Positions 14,436 through 29,413 of a stretch of 64,000 nucleotides of DNA are shown here, piece after piece. This DNA comes from the human T2T-CHM13v2.0 reference genome, Homo sapiens. The position numbers and the translations under genes were made by a program. The stretch is taken from assembly GCF_009914755.1 (NCBI RefSeq), contig NC_060938.1; one strand, written 5' to 3'. Each line of letters opens with the position of its first letter. Position 1 is the stretch's first letter. Under the pieces are notes generated by a model. That model had not been told where the DNA came from and made no database searches. It was given only the letters and a program-made list of their open reading frames with translations.

Positions 14436-16363
14436 GAAAGGGTGTTTGTATGATGAAGTTTTGATAGAAATTTTTCCCTTCCTTTTTCCTTATCTTCCCT
14501 CCTTTCTTTCCCTCATTCCTTGGTTATTTTCTATTTGGTTTTCAGGAATTGTTAGTTTTTCCCTCCCTTCCCCCAGCTCTTTATTCCCTGAAACAACTAC
14601 ATTTGAGTACCTCCAGTAACCACCTACTTATGAAATCCTTCCTAAAGCAAAAATTTCAATTTAGTCTTTAATCATAAGGGAGTGCCTATAGTTCAAATGA
14701 GCTAGACCAAGCAATTGTCATTTTTCCAGAATCCGCTCAAACCCACCTGCGGTTTTTGTAACCTACTTTCTTTCAGTGATGAAACTCCCATCCTGGATCC
14801 CAGGCAAAGTGAATACATTCCTATCCTAACTATAAGCCTGTCATTTCTTCACTTGAGAATCTTCTGAATAAAATGCTTTTCTCCAAAATTAAACCCTTCC
14901 TAGTTTCTGTCAAATCTTTCTCTGGGAAAAGAATGCTGACATAAACTTGTACCACTCTGTGATAGGAAGCGTCATGCTTTCTTGAATGTTGTCCACATCA
15001 AGTTTGAATGTAGCAAGACAGACACAGGTTCCTGTTTTTATTTATGGGTTCCAGTTTTTATTGTGGATCCCAATTCACCCTCACCCAGGTCTTGCTTGAC
15101 TGTTGATCTAACATACCTATAGCAACGTTAGTTCCGAAATTAGGCTAAGAGCCTTTATCTTTCTCTTGCTAAAATGAACGGAATGCTTTTTTTCCTATTT
15201 CATATAATTATGATTTTAATTCCAATCTTGAAGCCTTGCTTTTGAATCTTTTCCAATAAAGAATTACTAGCAGAGAGAAAAAATGAAATTTATAGCACAG
15301 AAGCATTTATGAGATATAGACAGGATCATACAGCCCTAGTGTGCTTGAAATCTTCCTTTAAAGATTTAATGCATATTAACTTTTCATTTTACATCATAGC
15401 ATATTCATACATGTTTAAAATTAAATAAAAAATTCTCCTTCCCAAGTCTTTGAATAAGTAAAATTTCAGAGAAGATATACGCCTACTTCATAATTTCCGA
15501 TGCTTGGTGGATCACTGCAATGTTCAGTGCAGACCAGTTCCAGCTTGGAAAAATCATCATAAATGGTTTCTTACTATTGAAACTACTATGAAATTTTAAT
15601 CTTCAACTTTCTCCTTTTCGAGCTTATTTTTATTCTTTCCTGAATTTTCTTAACTTAGAGGTCTATATCTGTAAAATTATCAATGCCTATTGTGGAAAGC
15701 TAATGTTCTAAGCTCCAAATATGTTTTAGATAAAATTTGTAGAAACAATATGTTTTCTTTAAAGCAATTTTATGATCTGAGGCTCCCATTGTCATAATTA
15801 CCTCTAACAAAAAATGTAATCTTATAGTTACAATTACTCAGAAAATTATTCCATATCTTTTCCTTTTCATTGTGTGGCAAGAAACAAATATTGTATATTA
15901 GAAAAACCTTAACTTAAAAATTTCACTAAATAATTTTTTAAATTAGTTTGCTGAAATCATCTTATGTCATATTTTTATATGTAACTATTAAGTTTTAAGG
16001 TAATTCTTCAGTTGCAGTACATTAATGATGTGTATAAATCATTTGATTTTCATATAGAGACAATCTCAAATCTAAGGTTATATTTTACAGGGCAGTGGGG
16101 ACCCATCCTGGTAACTAATGGAAGAAAAAGACATTTAACCAAGTTACATAAGTTCAATACATAGAAGAAATAAAATCATCAGCACTCATAGTTTATTCTC
16201 TAACAAGGAAGTCTCCAGAGATTAATGATTAGTTTACCTATTCATTTAATAGCTATCAACATTACTGCAATCTGAAATCTCAAGAAAATAATTTTTTTGA
16301 CCTTTTGTAAGTGCACATTATTAAATACTGGAAGAGCCAGTCTAGGAATAAAAGAACTCATGA

Positions 16364-16856
<493 letters not shown>

Positions 16857-18236
16857 CTATAGCATTGAAATAGCAATATTCCTTCAGAGAGATAGTAATT
16901 AGGAATGTTAGAAATAAGATGAAAAAGAACAACGCTAATCCATTTGGCTTAAGAAAAATAGAAATAAGACAATGGACTCAAAATCTAGGCATTATCAAAG
17001 AAATAAAAAGGATTAACCACGTGTTTTTAACTTATATTAAACACTTCAAAGCAAAGGTTGTCCTTTGAAAAAATACGGCAACTACTTTGCTAGTTAGAAG
17101 ACTGAAATTGGAAAAAAACAAAACAAAACAAAGCAAAACAAAACTCCACATTTTCAAACCTGAGAAATGGTGGGGAAAAGAAAGGGAATGAAAGAAGAAA
17201 ACAGAGGAAAGAAAACAGGTGAGTTAGAAGATACAGATAGTCAAAACTTATCTTCAAACTGGTGGTTTAACTTCTCAAATCATGGAGGAGGTTATTAAGG
17301 TTGAGGAAATCTCTGAGGACCAGAAATTTTTTTTTTAATTTTGGTTATATTTTGGGAAAAACTAATATTGGATTTCCCTGAGGTCAAATAAAAGGCAATA
17401 GAGGAGTAAAGAAAACAAAACAACATAGGTAGAGAAAAATCTAATTTTCACTTCCAAGCTTTAATCATTTTTTGTATGAAGTGGGGAGAGGCCAAACATG
17501 GAGGCTTCTACGCAGGAGTGCATTGCCTTTACACTGTTACCACTGTTATACTGTAGAATGAGTGGACGGGAACAAGAATGAAGGATATGTATGTTAATCA
17601 GAAGAGTTGGTAACACCAGGGAGGACTGATGGAAGCCCAACTAGCAGGAAAAGGCCACTAGATTCTGACAGAGCTAAGAAATATTAAAAATTAATGAATC
17701 AGAGATATCAACAACAGAAAACATAAGGATGCCCAATGACAGGAAGTGACCATTTCTATCGGCACAAAAATCATCCAGCACACATGTTGAGATAAGGATG
17801 ATCACATGTGTCCTCTTCCCTCCAGCCAAAGCCAGAAGGTCATGCAAGGCACTGTCCCCACACGTCTATTACCATCTGATAGTGGAGCTATGAGAAAACC
17901 CGCAGGACTAAACTTATAATCTAAGCAGACAGAAATAAACTTAAATATAGAGCATTGCATATTAAATATAAATATGTTTTATTCAGATTAAGGAAACTTT
18001 GCTGCTGTTGTTGTTGTCCCTTTTGTTTCATAACACCTAGAAGTTGCAGTCACATTGGGGCCATCATGACACTTTAGGAAAGTAAAGAAACAGCGTATTA
18101 TATATATCACTGCATCTAGTATAAATATACTTAAAATGTGAAAAATAATTTTTATTATGCTAATAAATTATGCCAATTTAACATATTAAGCACTTTTGCA
18201 TAGCATATTTAAATTATTTAAATGTCCATATATTTT

Positions 18237-18898
<662 letters not shown>

Positions 18899-18919
18899 TT
18901 ATATTTAAATGTGCTTTCT

Positions 18920-19392
18920 CTATTATTTCAGATACAGGTTCAATTGCTAAAATAATGGCAAAAATAACAGTGGGCTAAAGTAGAGAGACTATTTTTTTTT
19001 CAGTCATCTCCCTGTAAACAGGAGGCTTAAGCCTCCAGACCTGAAGCTAGGTCCCAGATTCTAGCTTGTCTTTTTGCCATACTTAGCAGATGTCCTCTAT
19101 TAATAGTACAAATCCAGGTTCTGCCATCAAATCTGTATTCCATACAGTTGGGAGGGGATAAGAAATGAAAATCACTTCTTTTCCCATTAAGAACATTATT
19201 CAATATTTGTAAACATTCCTTCTCTTCACATTCCATTGGCCAGAAATTAGTCACATAGCTCATTACCTGAAAGGAAAGAATGAAAATAGTTTTGTTTGAG
19301 TGACCATAGACTTAGTAAAAATGTGGGCATTTTATTACCAAAGAGAAAAGGGGAAGAATGGATATTGGATGATCACCAGCAGTTTCTGCCGT
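18920..19392 (-). mobile_element. Old MaLR LTR (MLT1J/K-like)
   Basis: ccattggccagaaattagtcacatag and gaatggatattgg...agcagtttctgcc resemble the reverse MLT1J/K consensus. Confidence 0.6.
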
Positions 19393-20149
19393 GCCTGCTT
19401 CTATACAAATGTAGCTAACATATATTACATGCTTCAATGTAGGCATTAAATGTATCTGAATTTGTGACATACACAGAATAAATTAATATTTTAAAGGGTT
19501 TTTTAATGTATTAATCACCATCTTTTTAACAGAATTCCTCTTCGAAGAATTCTTCCACCTCCCGAGTTTCAAAAGGAGAATAAGTAGTGTGTTATCATGT
19601 GTATGGAGGCAGAGCAGATTCTATTCACTGGTTGTATTTGCAAAAATCTGTGTGATACAGTGTTAAAAAAAGTACTAGAGCTTTATAACTACAGCAGGAA
19701 CTTAGGCATAAGCTCACAAGTGAATCTTTCCTACATCTCCAAATTCTAATAATACGGTAGAAAAGAATGTATTAGAAAATATGCATAGCAATTTTGATAG
19801 TTTTCTGAAAAGAACTGTAATTGCATACACAAATAAATGAAAAATTTATACCCACAACTCAAAACATTCCCCAGAGAAATCAACATGAGAAATCCTAGTT
19901 TTTCTTCAAGAAATCCACAAAGAATTCTCGAAATCAAGAAAAAAAAATAGTAGGAAGGGGACTTGTGGAAATTATAATGAAACTTACTTAAAGAACAACA
20001 TTTATTCAAAAAACTTATAAATTTTTATAGCTGTTGATATAGGATAAGATCATGATCACTACCTAAAACTTCATATGATTTCAATATGTTAATTATGCCG
20101 TGGTGAAATGACGCTGAATCACTAAGTACTGGGTCAGGAGATAAAAACT

Positions 20150-20795
20150 ATACCAGTAATTGGAGTAGTGGTACTTTCATTAAAGAAATGTTAAGTATTA
20201 AAAAGAGATTAAGCCTCAAGTGCAATTTAAAAAAATCTATAGAGTATAGGAATAGCAGATGTAGGCAATAGCCACCATTTCTAGGGCCAAGGGGAATTAC
20301 TGAAAGGAAAGACAATCTTTGAAGAAGCATTTCCTAAGGCTGAATGTTCTACCAACTAGGCAAGGGTGCAGCTGTGCTCAGGGAATGAAGTTTGCTGAGG
20401 TGCAACAGAAAGAAACTACTGACTATGAAACCATATGCTGGGGTATTGCCACAAATCATTGAATAAATAATCTCTTGGAGGCTGGCAAGACTGGCTGGTG
20501 ATACTTGGTAGAAAGATGCCTGCTGAGTGTTTGTGATATTTGTTGGATGGTGTGGGTCACTGGGTTTCATGTCCACCATTGGTCAAGAAGCACCCATTGG
20601 CCTTCATGGCATAGAAGCCAGAAGAAGCACACTCAAAACAGTAAGATAAACTCCTTCAGTGTCCTCTACCGAGCAGCCTAAAATTTTGCCAGCTAGCAAA
20701 GAAGAAATGTTTACAGGGTCCAGCTTCAGTATCACGAATCTGTGTTAAGAAAGATGGATTTGAACTGAGAAGAAATAATTTTAAAACTAGAAAAA
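20150..20795 (-). mobile_element. Old ERVL LTR (LTR33/LTR41-like)
   Basis: gccagctagcaaagaagaaatgtttacagggtccagcttcagtatcac...tggatttgaactgaga matches the reverse 5' end of this LTR group; left boundary uncertain. Confidence 0.55.
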
Positions 20796-22507
20796 AATGC
20801 TAAGATTATTTTCATTTTGGGAAAAAATATACATTCTATTTAACTGTAGGAAGTGACAGAAAGGTATTCTAAAGTGTGCTAAAACTTAAGTATGACTTCT
20901 GCTTCCGCTCTGAATTTTAAAGAGCTTGGGAATTATGATGCCTGTTTTTACAAGAAGAAACATGTGGACAAACTGAAAATAACCATAACTATTCATGGAC
21001 TCACTGGAGAACTGAGGTGACAGGAAAAATCATTGCCCTGAAATCTGGAAAGACAAGTATATCCAGAGGGAGACACAGGGAGGATTTGCTCAGCTGGAGC
21101 AGAAGCCACTGGAGCCACAACCTAGTAGGAACAATTAAATTATAGTTTTGATGAGGTGCTGGAGGCAGAAAACGAACTTGTGTGAGAGTGAGAAATTCTT
21201 AGGAACTGCAGTCTTCAAACAGGGTGGCACATTTTGGTGGGTTTTACATTAGAAACCCCCCAGGTTCTCCTGATGAACAAAACAAGAAAAATATCCCCCT
21301 GGTTCTGGCTGGGGGAGATGGAGATTGTTAGAGTAACTATTGTGAAATATACCTAGAATCTGCTCTATAACAAAAGTCTACTCTCCAGAGAAAAGACATT
21401 GCCAGACCTAGGAAAAGGGTAATGTAAACATCTATCTAGACAAAAACTCTAAGAAAGGATTGAAATTCTAAAAATAAAAAGCGCTGTAGCAGAAATAATA
21501 AAAAAGCCTTATACAGTATCATTGTTAGACTGAACACATCTATAGTAGCTTGAAGGTAATGCAATAGAGACTTCCAAAGCACAAATGCAAAGAGAGAGAG
21601 AGAAACACACACACACACGCACACACACAAAACACAAAACAAAACAAAAACAGAGCAAAGCACTGAAGAACAGCGAGGCAATTTCAAAAGGTGTGACATA
21701 TACATAATCGGAACACCAAAAGAAGAGAGAACAAACCTGAATGAATATTTCATGTAATAATGGCCAAAACTTTTCCATATGAATGAAAGACACCAAATCA
21801 CAGATACAGGAAGTTCAGAAAAATCAAACAAGATAAATACCAACAATGAGCATAACACAGCATATAGTATACAAAGTACAGTAAACCACAGACAAAAATT
21901 ATCTTTGAAAACATCAGTGAGAAACAATGTACTTTTAGAGGAACAAGGATATGGATTACAGTAGCTTTCTCATCAGAAACTACAGCAACTGCAAGGAAGC
22001 AGAGAGTGGAGTGAAATATTTCAAGGGTTGACAGAAAAAAATCTAGAATTTTTTATGCAATAAAATTATTCCTTAAAAATGAGGAAGTAAAAACTTTATC
22101 AGATAAAGAGAAGAAATTCATTATCAGCAGTCCTATCCTGCATGAAAGGTTAAAATAAGTTTGTCCGGATGAAGAAAAATAGTATAGATCATCAACATGG
22201 ATCTGCATAAAGAAAGGTAGAGTATCAAAGAAGAAAGATGTAAGTATAAAGCATATGTTTTACTATGTTTAATTTATTTTAAAGTATAATTATTTGTTTA
22301 AAGCAATAATAGTAACAATGTATTGGGTAATAGTAGCATATTGATAAATGAAACGAATGTTAGCAATGTCACAAGGAGAGGAAAATGGAGAATATTCTGT
22401 TACACTTAATCTTAGCCAAAATGCGGAGAAGTGATGAGAATATTCTAAGGTATCTGTACTAAACATAAAGGATACAGTCGTATTAGAAGGTAAACATAAA
22501 TCATCTA

Positions 22508-22903
<396 letters not shown>

Positions 22904-23932
22904 CTAAGAGAGGACATAAAATCATACAAAATGTTCCATTAAAAATAAAACAAGAGATCACAGAAACAAAAGAGACAAAGAAACAAAGAACAATTGCCAT
23001 GAATAGAAAATAGTTATAAATATTATAGATATTAATAAACTATATGTCTAATCATTTTAAATGTGAATGATCCAAACATATGAATTTAAAAGTGGAGATT
23101 GACAGAGAGGATTAAAAGAAAAACAACTATATGTTGTCTTGAAAAAAATCTACCTTAAATATAAAGTGATAGGTTACAAGTAAATGGGATCAGAAAGAAA
23201 TACAGTGCAACACAAATAAAAAGAAAGTTGATGTAGCTATATTAATTTCAGACAAAGCTGACTTCAGAACAAGATTATCAGCAATAAAAGGGAACACAAG
23301 AACATGCTAAGCAAACAGAATAAAGAGTAAATCTTAATGTGTATAAATGTAAACACACCATTTAAAAGATTAGAGTATCACAGGACATGCAATCTGTGGC
23401 AAAAGAATAAAATTGTATACAAAGGTACAAAACAACATCACTGAAGGCCATGGAGAAAAAAGGTCATAACCTTAGTAACTTTGGAAATGAACAGAGTCTA
23501 TAAGACTAAAGGCAAAAAGAACTATCTAACTGAGCCTAATACTACTCTAGTTAACAAAGATTTTTCCCATAGGAATAAGAGTAAACAATTCTGAAACACA
23601 CATGCATACTAGAACTGAACAATTAAGTAAATGAATAGCATTGGTGAAAGCCAGGTTTGTCACTGCTGAAGTGGGACTTCAGAGAAAAGCAAGGCAAGAA
23701 GGTAGAATAATCCATGTGGTAAGGGATTACAATTGGCTCTCATCATTATGGACTCATGTTTAGCTTAATATAGACAGCAATAGATATAGATTTGGATATA
23801 GATATAGATATAGATGATGGCACATATGGATATGTATATGTGTATACATATATTAGTATACACACATATATTCCCTTGATCCTTCAGCTGAGGGGACCTA
23901 GGAGCAATGTCACCCAAGTAGCAACCATACAC

Positions 23933-25160
23933 TGTCTTAGTTAATTTTGCTGCTTAACAAAATACCTGAAACTTGGTAATTTATAAAGAGTAAAAATTTA
24001 TTTTTTACCATATGGGGAAAAAACTCAAACTATTTTTTCTTGGCTCTCACACCACCACAACAATAAATAAAAAAGACTTCTGTGACCAAATGTGTGGGGG
24101 CCCTCTAATTCAGTTACATTCGGGTGCTATCTACCTGGAGATAACCTCAGATTCCACACACTGGGGGCTCAGTACCACATAACTCCCCCTGACTTCAGAC
24201 AACACCTATAAGTCCCATCCTCTGGAACTTTTAACACAACCATCTTAAAGTTGGGGTTCCCACAAACCCCTCTTTAGTTCTATTAATTTGCTAAAGCAGT
24301 TCAAAGAATCCAGGAAAACTCACTTGCGATTATTGGTTTATTATAAAGTATATTACAAAGGATACATATGAAGAGATACAAAAGGTGAAGTGTAGAGACG
24401 GGGCGCTCAACCACTCTATACTTCACCCTATGTGACTCTTCATCTGTGTCCTTTTCTCTCTCAAGCAGGACAACATGCTCTCCCAGGCAGGACACCCTTT
24501 AGGAATCTCCACATGTTCAGCCATCCGGAATCGGAATTTCGTTCTTTTGAGTTTTATGGAGGCTTTGTTAAGTAGGCATGATCAATTACATCATTGGCCA
24601 TCAGTGATCAATTTAACCTTTAGCCCCTTTCCTGTTCCTGGAGGTGGGTGGTGAAGCTGAAAGTCCAACCCTTTAATCACACCTTGATCTTTCAGGTGAC
24701 CAGCCCCCATCCTGAAGCTATGTAGGGGCATCCAACCATCACCAACTCATTAGCATACAAAAGACACTTGAGACTCTGAAGCTTCTAAGGATTTTAGGAG
24801 TTACATGCCAGGAAAGGGTAATGAAGACCAAATATATTTCACAACATCACACTCACAGCTTTGGAGGCTGAGAGGTCCAAGATCAAGATGCTGGCAGGTT
24901 TGGTGTCTGGTGAGGGCCTGGTCTCTGCTTCCAAGATGGTGCCTGGTTGCTGTGCCCTCCCACGGCAGAAGGGATGGAAAGTCAAAAGGAGTGAACAGCT
25001 CCCTCACACTTCTTTTAAAAGGTCACTAATCCCATACATAATTGCTACCATCTTGTGATTTAAAACACCTCCTAAAGGCTCCACCTCTTAACACTGTCAT
25101 ACTGTGGTTTAAGTTCCAACATGTGAATTTTGGAGAAACACATATGTTCAAACCATAGTG
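23933..25160 (-). mobile_element. MSTB-like MaLR solo LTR split by MER21
   Basis: tgtcttagtt...ggtaatttataaag (23933-24010) resumes at ctcacagctttggaggctgagaggtccaagatcaag and ends with ttcaaaccatag. Confidence 0.85.
24011..24851 (-). mobile_element. MER21-family solo LTR
   Basis: tatctacctggagataacctcagattccaca, cagcccccatcctgaagcta and the end gaagaccaaatatatttcacaacatcaca (reverse of the MER21 start). Confidence 0.85.
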
Positions 25161-26399
25161 CATACCTAGCACCCAGAACTTTGTTTCTAACACTATAAAA
25201 ATAAGCAAACAAACAAACAAACAAAAATCAGGGCTTCTTGCAGAAATGGCTTATTTTAGGACCTTGACAGGATATATACAAGATAACCATGAAGAATCTT
25301 ACAGAGTCAGAAAAGGAGTATGTGGTAAAAAACACAATAATGGGGACAGGCTCCAGCTGACAATGTTTCCAATGGTCAAAGCCGATATGAATACACATTT
25401 GAATAAATACATAAAATAAGGAAATAAAAGAAAACTTAATGTAAAAATTTAAATAATTTACATAGATATTCCTCCCTCAAAGAATTGGAGTATAACTCTC
25501 GGCTCCCTAAATGTGGATTGTGCATATTGCCTTCCATCCAAAGAGTTAAGTATGGAAAGGGGGAAATAGAGTCACTTACTGTGGGGAAACCTGACAAATA
25601 CTGCCTCAGCCAGATAACTATAGTTAGCATCAGCAGTGATAAGCCATGTTGATAATGCATAACTTTGATAGACCATTGCTATGTTGTCATGAGAATGGCA
25701 CTTTACCTTTGTAGTTTTTCTCCCCCAAACCTATAACCCTAATCTTATAATGAGAAGAAAACATTACACAAATACCAGCTGTGAGACAATCTACAAAATA
25801 CCTAACCAGTATGTCTCAAAACTGTCCAGATCATCAAAAGCAAGGAAAGTCCAAGTAACTGTCACAGCCGAGAGAAGTCTAAGGAGGCCTCATGACTAAA
25901 CATAATGGGGTATTCTAGATGGGATCTTGGAACAGAAAAAAGAACATTAGTTGAAAATTACGGCAATCTGAATAAGGCAAGGAGTTTAGTTAATAATGTG
26001 TTAACATTGGTTCATTAATTGTGATAAATGTACTGTACTAATGTAAAATGTTAATAGGAGAACCATAAATGTGGGCTATGGGCTACATAAGAATCCTCTT
26101 TTCTACTTTTACAATATTTCTATAAGTCTAAATTTATTTTTACATAAAATTATATTAAAAACTAAGAAATTTCATGTAAAGACTTAATAGTAATAGAGCA
26201 TATAAATCATAATATATGAAGGGTTTGAGCCAGGGTAATATAGAACATAGAAAACCAGGTGAGGTGAAATTTAAAAAAAAATCTATTTAGATAGGAATGA
26301 AAATAAAATAATTGCTACATATATAAATATATATACACATACATATATATGCATATAAATACATATATGTATAGGTATAAGAAAACGTCTACAGGCTTG

Positions 26400-26850
26400 C
26401 CAAGGTTATATTCAGAAATAAGTTAATAGCCTTAGAATTAATTTAATGAAGCAACAACAATCAAACATCAACTTTTATGAAAATAAATGATAGCATCCAA
26501 TGCAGATGAGAGTGTGTGCAAATGTCCACTTTCATATATTGTTGATTATAATATAAATTGCTATATTATAAGTGTAGGTGCTGATGATGTCTACTTTTTA
26601 AAATATGAGTGTATTTTTGCCATAGAACTTCATTTTGCAAAATATATGCTACATAAATTGTTCTAATACATGATCTGTGAGCAGAAATATGCATTGCAGA
26701 ATTTAAATAGCAAAAATATTGTAAAAAATCTGATTGTCCTCTAATATTGGACTTAGTTACAGTACATTCAGATTTAGTGATATTACTTGGCAAGAATAAA
26801 ATAAGTTATACCTGTAGTTATTAATGTGTAAAGATTTTCATATATTTTGC
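26400..26850 (+). mobile_element. Highly decayed L1ME-like ORF2 3' fragment
   Basis: atagcatccaatgcagatgagagtgtg...cactttcatatattgttgat...tataaattg resembles the L1M ORF2 end. Confidence 0.45.
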
Positions 26851-28974
26851 AAAGCAAGTTTTAGTGTGTAATTTTTGACAGGATGAATTCTCTGGCTGAG
26901 AACAAAAGAAAAAATGAAAAGAGAGAGAAGCAGAGAGAAGAAAAGAGAAATCTTATATAGATATGTATTTTACAAATTTGTGAAATGTATAATGATAGAA
27001 GATTGCTTACCTAAATATGGAAGTCCTAGATTGGAAGACAGAGTAATATTTCTTGTATAAATATAAAGTGTATTAATAAAATAAAAGGAATCTATTGCCA
27101 ATAGAATTTTGGCCAATAGAATCTATTGCCAATAGGATTTTTTAAATAACGTAAAAAAATTTTAAAAGAATTATGTTTTCAACTCATGAAATCACAAAAG
27201 AAGAAGGAAACAAAATAGAAATGAAATGTGAGTCATGGTAAAAGAAGAAATTGTTGGAATCAAAGACAATTCTGCTCATTTTCAAATGTATTCAGAAAAG
27301 TAAATATAAAAGTAATATGTATTTGTAAAGTTTAATTTATTTTCAAAAATGTGGGAATGTTTTATCCATATAATTGCAGTGATGGGTACTTTGGTGTTTG
27401 TTTTATTATTTTCCTTGATTTCTTATAAATGTTTAAGATATTGCATGATTAAAATATTTTAAAGTTTAAAAATTCTTGACAAAAGAGGCACAGCTATAGA
27501 TATTTGCTATTTGTTTAAAATTTTAATATATGGAAGTAAAACATAACTTTTTACTGTTAAGTTTCTGGAATTACTGCCTTACACATTCAAAATATATGTT
27601 TAAAATAGTTATTCTAGAGGACAGTTTGACAATATATAAAACTGCTATGCAAAATGGCATATATTCAATCAAGTAAGTTTGCTTCTAGGGGTATGTACTC
27701 AACAAATTATCATGAATGGATAAGTATACTTATCCATTCATGTTCACTGCAATTTTGAATCTATTGGTAAAAACATAGAATAAAACCTGCATATTAACCT
27801 TTTAGGATTAAATAAACTACATTCCAATAATTAAAGTAGCTTCCGTATAGAAATTCCAAATTATGAAAGATAATTAAAAGTATAGAAAATGTTTTCATGT
27901 TATAATTTATTAAATTTTTAAGTATCAGATTATAAATCCCTCCATATTGTATTATCTTATATACATAAAGTGACTTCTCTCAGTCTCCTTCTCTTCCTTC
28001 ATGCATTTATAAAATGTATGGCTATAAAAAGCTCCAATTGCTAACTTTTTATTTTGGGTAAATTAAATTGAAGGCAATATATTTTTTTACATTTATGTTT
28101 AAACACCTAACAACTAAATATTGTTTTCAGTATAAGAAAAAAATATTACATGTGCAAAACAGTAACCTCTTTACACTGCATGAAACACACAAAAAAATGT
28201 TATATATAATGAAAAAGAAATAGCCCAATGACCTGCCCAGCCTCCAAACAGCACAAATAAGATAAACTTTACTCTAGGTTCTCTCAAATCTCCATCTGTT
28301 AGCATCCTTTTAAGCTCAAATTATCTCTTTATGTCTAACCAGGAATTGCTGAGCTGTTAGAGAAAGTCATGTAAGCTGGCTATCTGGATCCATTGAAAAT
28401 GCCTTCTTTCTCTACTCAGTTTTTCTTTGTAATCCTTTTATTCCCTAATGGTTGAATTCCTATTTAATTCCCTAGAGAAGCTATTTCAAAACATACTCAA
28501 TTTACTCCAGCCCCTGAATTCACCCTCGCCTTCCTCCTTCTCATCAGATGACATTGTTGTTTACTGTATTCGCATTAAGAATGGCAGGCTTGAATTTGCT
28601 AGCCCTCTGTAGACAGTACTTGAAGGAGACAAAGAGATACCCTGAATAAATAAAAATAAGATTAGTTAAGCTCAAACTCAATTGTTAATATATTAAGCTA
28701 ATTGCTAATATATACATCTTCTATTTTTGCACAACTATTCTGTTATCTATTTCTGCTTCTCTCTGTTTTTGCTTTATATTAAAAACAAAAAAAGGTTCAC
28801 ACATAAAGAAAATTACTGTAGAAGATTCTCTGAAAATTAACATGGGCCAAGTCAAATGAATCATTGGGAAAAAGTATAGAGGTGGTATAGACCATGTATA
28901 CTTGCTTCATAAAAGACAGACATTCGTCCAAATTTTGCTTTCATCAGTGATGTTTATGATAATGATGATGATGA

Positions 28975-29180
28975 TAAGATTTATTGCAAGCTCTGCTCTT
29001 TAATTATTTGGTTTACTACTCTCAATAACACACTGATATGGTGTTATTATTACCTCTGTATTACAAAAGAAGATCGGAGGTTTCATTTTCTCATTTATTT
29101 GCCCAAAGTGATCATGTTACCAAGTGATGAAAGATTCAAATTCAGTTGTGTCTGGCACAAAAGCTCATATTCTTATCACC
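28975..29180 (-). mobile_element. MIR
   Basis: ttattattacctctgtattaca...ttgcccaaagtgatca...gattcaaattcag resembles reverse MIR. Confidence 0.6.
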
Positions 29181-29371
29181 ATGTTTCATTCCTCATTAAT
29201 CACATATTCACACCTAAAATCTGAGTGGGATCCTACAAAAATGTAATAAATTCAGGGAATGAAATGAGGAAGATGTTTCAATTGTGTAACATAGCAGTGA
29301 AAGAAGATATTCACAAAAGTGACAATGAGGAAAATTTACCAGGATTACAAAGGGAAATGTCAGCATGCCAT

Positions 29372-29413
29372 AAGAAGAAGAAGAAGAAGGAGGAGCAGCA
29401 GGAGGAGGAGAAA
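29372..29413. repeat. (AAG)n-(GAG/CAG)n trinucleotide run
   Basis: aagaagaagaagaagaaggaggagcagcaggaggaggagaaa. Confidence 0.85.

Noticed and set aside
21436-21927. 163-aa hydrophobic ORF, the longest in the track
   Set aside because: It is the antisense reading of A-rich L1 ORF1 plus a microsatellite; the F/L/V/C bias is compositional.
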